A stretch of 64,000 nucleotides of DNA. Origin: an uncultured delta proteobacterium. GTDB taxonomy: Bacteria; Desulfobacterota; Desulfuromonadia; Desulfuromonadales; JACZKF01. Every line of letters begins with the position of its first letter. The first letter of the stretch is position 1. The position numbers and the translations under genes are program-made. Below the pieces are notes generated by a model. The model was given only the letters and a program-made list of their open reading frames with translations, did no database searches and was not told the DNA's origin. The stretch covers positions 352,001-416,000 of the forward strand of contig CAWFKQ010000007.1 of the NCBI GenBank assembly GCA_963816395.1, written 5' to 3'. Below are positions 62,200 to 64,000 of the stretch, in pieces.

Positions 62200-62494
62200 A
62201 AGATATACCATGGCTGGCGACCCGGGGACCAAGGCGGGGAAAACGTTCGCGGAGAAGATCAAGAATTATGGAGAGGTTGTGGGTTTTGCCGAAGGCGATG
62301 CCGGCTTCCTGCAGGTAATTTCGGCGGCCATTCGCACCCCCGAGACCTCGCCGGGCATCACCACCAGCAGGTCCAAATCCGATTCCGGCCCGGCGGTTCC
62401 TTTAGCGTATGCCCCGAAGAGGATCACTTCCTCCGGCGCGAACTCACGCACGATTTCGTCGGCAAATTGCTGGAGCAACCGTCCCCATAGCCAT
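62200..62494 (-). pseudogene. Deleted MNT-HEPN pair remnant
   Basis: Nucleotidyltransferase N-terminus VILFGAYAKGTAGPESDLDLLVV joined out of frame to a HEPN-like fragment YLQEAGIAFGKTHNLSIILDLL. Confidence 0.65.
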
Positions 62495-62528
62495 TCGCTC
62501 TTTCGTATTCCAAAGGCAGGTTTTCAAA

Positions 62529-62616
62529 TGGTGCCCGGGACGGGGGTTGAACCCGTACGAGGTTACCCATCGAGGGATTTTAAGTCCCTTGCGTCTGCCA
62601 GTTCCGCCACCCGGGC
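62529..62616 (-). tRNA. tRNA-Leu(TAA)
   Basis: Acceptor GCCCGGG/CCCGGGC-A-CCA, D-loop GGAACTGGCAGAC, anticodon loop CTTAAAA, long variable arm, T-loop GGTTCAAC. Confidence 0.95.
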
Positions 62617-62686
62617 GCGTATGGTGTATTATTGCGATTGCGGTCTCGATGTCAACTTTTAATGACCCTCGGCAAAGGAGAATTCC

Positions 62687-63173
62687 ATGGCCGGAAAAAC
62701 CCTGAACTGCCCCAACTGCGGGGCGCCGGTAAAGACCTTCCGCAATCCCTTTCCCACCGTAGATATTATCATTCGGGTCGATGACCGGATCGTCCTGATC
62801 GAGCGCAGGAACGAGCCGAAGGGGTGGGCGCTGCCGGGGGGGTTCGTCGATTACGGGGAGAGCCTGGAGACGGCGGCGACTCGGGAGGCGAAGGAGGAGA
62901 CCGGGCTGGAGACTGGCGAACCTGCGGCAGTTCGGCGCCTACTCCGATCCCGCCCGCGACCCCCGCCAGCACAACATCTCCGTCGTCTTCACCGCCGACG
63001 GTGCCGGCGACCTGCAGGGCGGCGACGACGCCGCCAGCGCCGCCCTTTTCCCCCTGGACGCCCTCCCCTCCCCGCTCTGCTTCGACCACGCCCGGATTCT
63101 GACCGATTACCGGGAGTGGCTTGCCTCACGCCCGGATGAAGGGGCGTTCCGCGGGAAGCCATTCCAGAAATAG
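62687..63173 (+). CDS. NUDIX hydrolase with N-terminal zinc ribbon; frameshift near 62910
   Basis: CPNCG, Nudix box [24 protein letters not shown]. Continues as [11 protein letters not shown]...GGDDA...LCFDHARIL in a shifted frame to TAG 63173. Confidence 0.9.
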
Positions 63174-63177
63174 ATGC

Positions 63178-63999
63178 CTATTCGAAAAAGCTGATTTCAG
63201 GAATATCGGCCAGCAGGCCGTACTTGTGGCAGAGAGAGAAGAAGAGGCGCAAGCCCTGGAGGTGGACCTCGGTGAGATCGAAGGACATGGCCCGCCAGTA
63301 GTTGACCAGCCCCGCCTCGCCGAGCCATTCCCGCTCGGGAGACTCAGCGGCGAGCCGTTCGAGGGAGGCGAAGGCGCGCCGGCGCGACTCGCCGAGCTGG
63401 GCGAGCAGGGCACGGACAGCGGCCGGCTGGGCGGCGGCGGCTGACCGGCGCAGGATCCACAGGGCGAAGACGAAGGGGAGACCTGTGTGCTGCCGCCACA
63501 GCGCTCCCAAGTCGTACACCCGCATCCCGGCCGGCGGGGCGAGGGCGGCCCGCAGGGCCCGGTCGCCAATGAGCAGGGCCGGCCGGCCGGCGGCGAGCAG
63601 TTCCTCCACCGGACCGTCGGGAACGGTGGCCTCGAATGTCTCGAAACCGTAGAATTCGCGCAGCAGGACGTGCAGCAGGTTGACAGAGGTCGCCGATTCG
63701 CCGGTGAGGGCGATCTCTTCCCCGGCCAGTTCCCCGGGTTCCCGGGGGGAGAAGAGAAGGACGCTGAGCACCGGGCCGCAGGCGCTGATCGACTGTCCGG
63801 GCAGCAGCAGATAGTTGCGCCAGTTGCGGGCGTACTCGAAGGAGGAGGAGGGGCTGACGTCGATCTCCCCCGCCGCCAGTTGGCGATTGAGCTGCGCCGG
63901 CACTCCGGGTACGATGCGCCCGCTGAATCCGGCTGCCGCCAGGTAGTGGAAAAAGGGAGTGCAGTTGGCGTAGGTGATGTGACCGACGGTTAGATTCAT
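63178..63999 (-). CDS. mqnA: Chorismate dehydratase (futalosine menaquinone pathway)
   Basis: Motifs GHITYANCTP, ESATSVNLL, LLIGDRAL, YDLGALW...TGLPFVFALW. Confidence 0.88.
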   Translation of the reverse strand: MNLTVGHITYANCTPFFHYLAAAGFSGRIVPGVPAQLNRQLAAGEIDVSPSSSFEYARNWRNYLLLPGQSISACGPVLSVLLFSPREPGELAGEEIALTGESATSVNLLHVLLREFYGFETFEATVPDGPVEELLAAGRPALLIGDRALRAALAPPAGMRVYDLGALWRQHTGLPFVFALWILRRSAAAAQPAAVRALLAQLGESRRRAFASLERLAAESPEREWLGEAGLVNYWRAMSFDLTEVHLQGLRLFFSLCHKYGLLADIPEISFFE

Positions 64000-64000
64000 T

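Overview
GC-rich bacterial window, most consistent with a Desulfuromonadales/Geobacteraceae-like organism. This taxonomy is an inference from gene content (futalosine-pathway MqnA, GEMM-I riboswitches, sigma54 promoter, 2-oxoacid:ferredoxin oxidoreductases). Many genes, including ordinary metabolic ones, carry single-base indels, so most frameshifts are probably sequencing or assembly errors. Layout: (1) 1-10.9 kb, acyl-CoA and leucine/isovalerate (liuABCDE) catabolism. (2) 11.1-38.6 kb, a co-directional minus-strand locus headed by two tandem c-di-GMP-I riboswitches, each with its own terminator. It encodes a ~3,450 aa DUF11/pilin-D2-repeat surface protein, a ~1,700 aa protein with three OmpA-like domains and a beta-barrel, three TPR proteins, a GltF-like protein, a TolQ/ExbB plus two ExbD motor subunits and a TonB-like AgmX/PglI (GltG-like) protein. 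This is an Agl-Glt-core-like envelope machine linked to a giant adhesin, with a 9-bp-period GATC palindrome at its gene junctions. It is the best candidate for a poorly described system. (3) 39-49.6 kb, a glucarate/galactarate module (gudD, DHDPS-family enzyme, garR, TTT transporter, garD) with four visible LacI-family operators. (4) 49.8-58.7 kb, a GntR-linked 2-hydroxyacid/2-oxoacid oxidation module. (5) 58.8-62.5 kb, accessory DNA next to the 3' end of tRNA-Leu(TAA): RAYT with REPs, a repeat-flanked TA pair and an MNT/HEPN remnant. (6) NUDIX hydrolase and mqnA.
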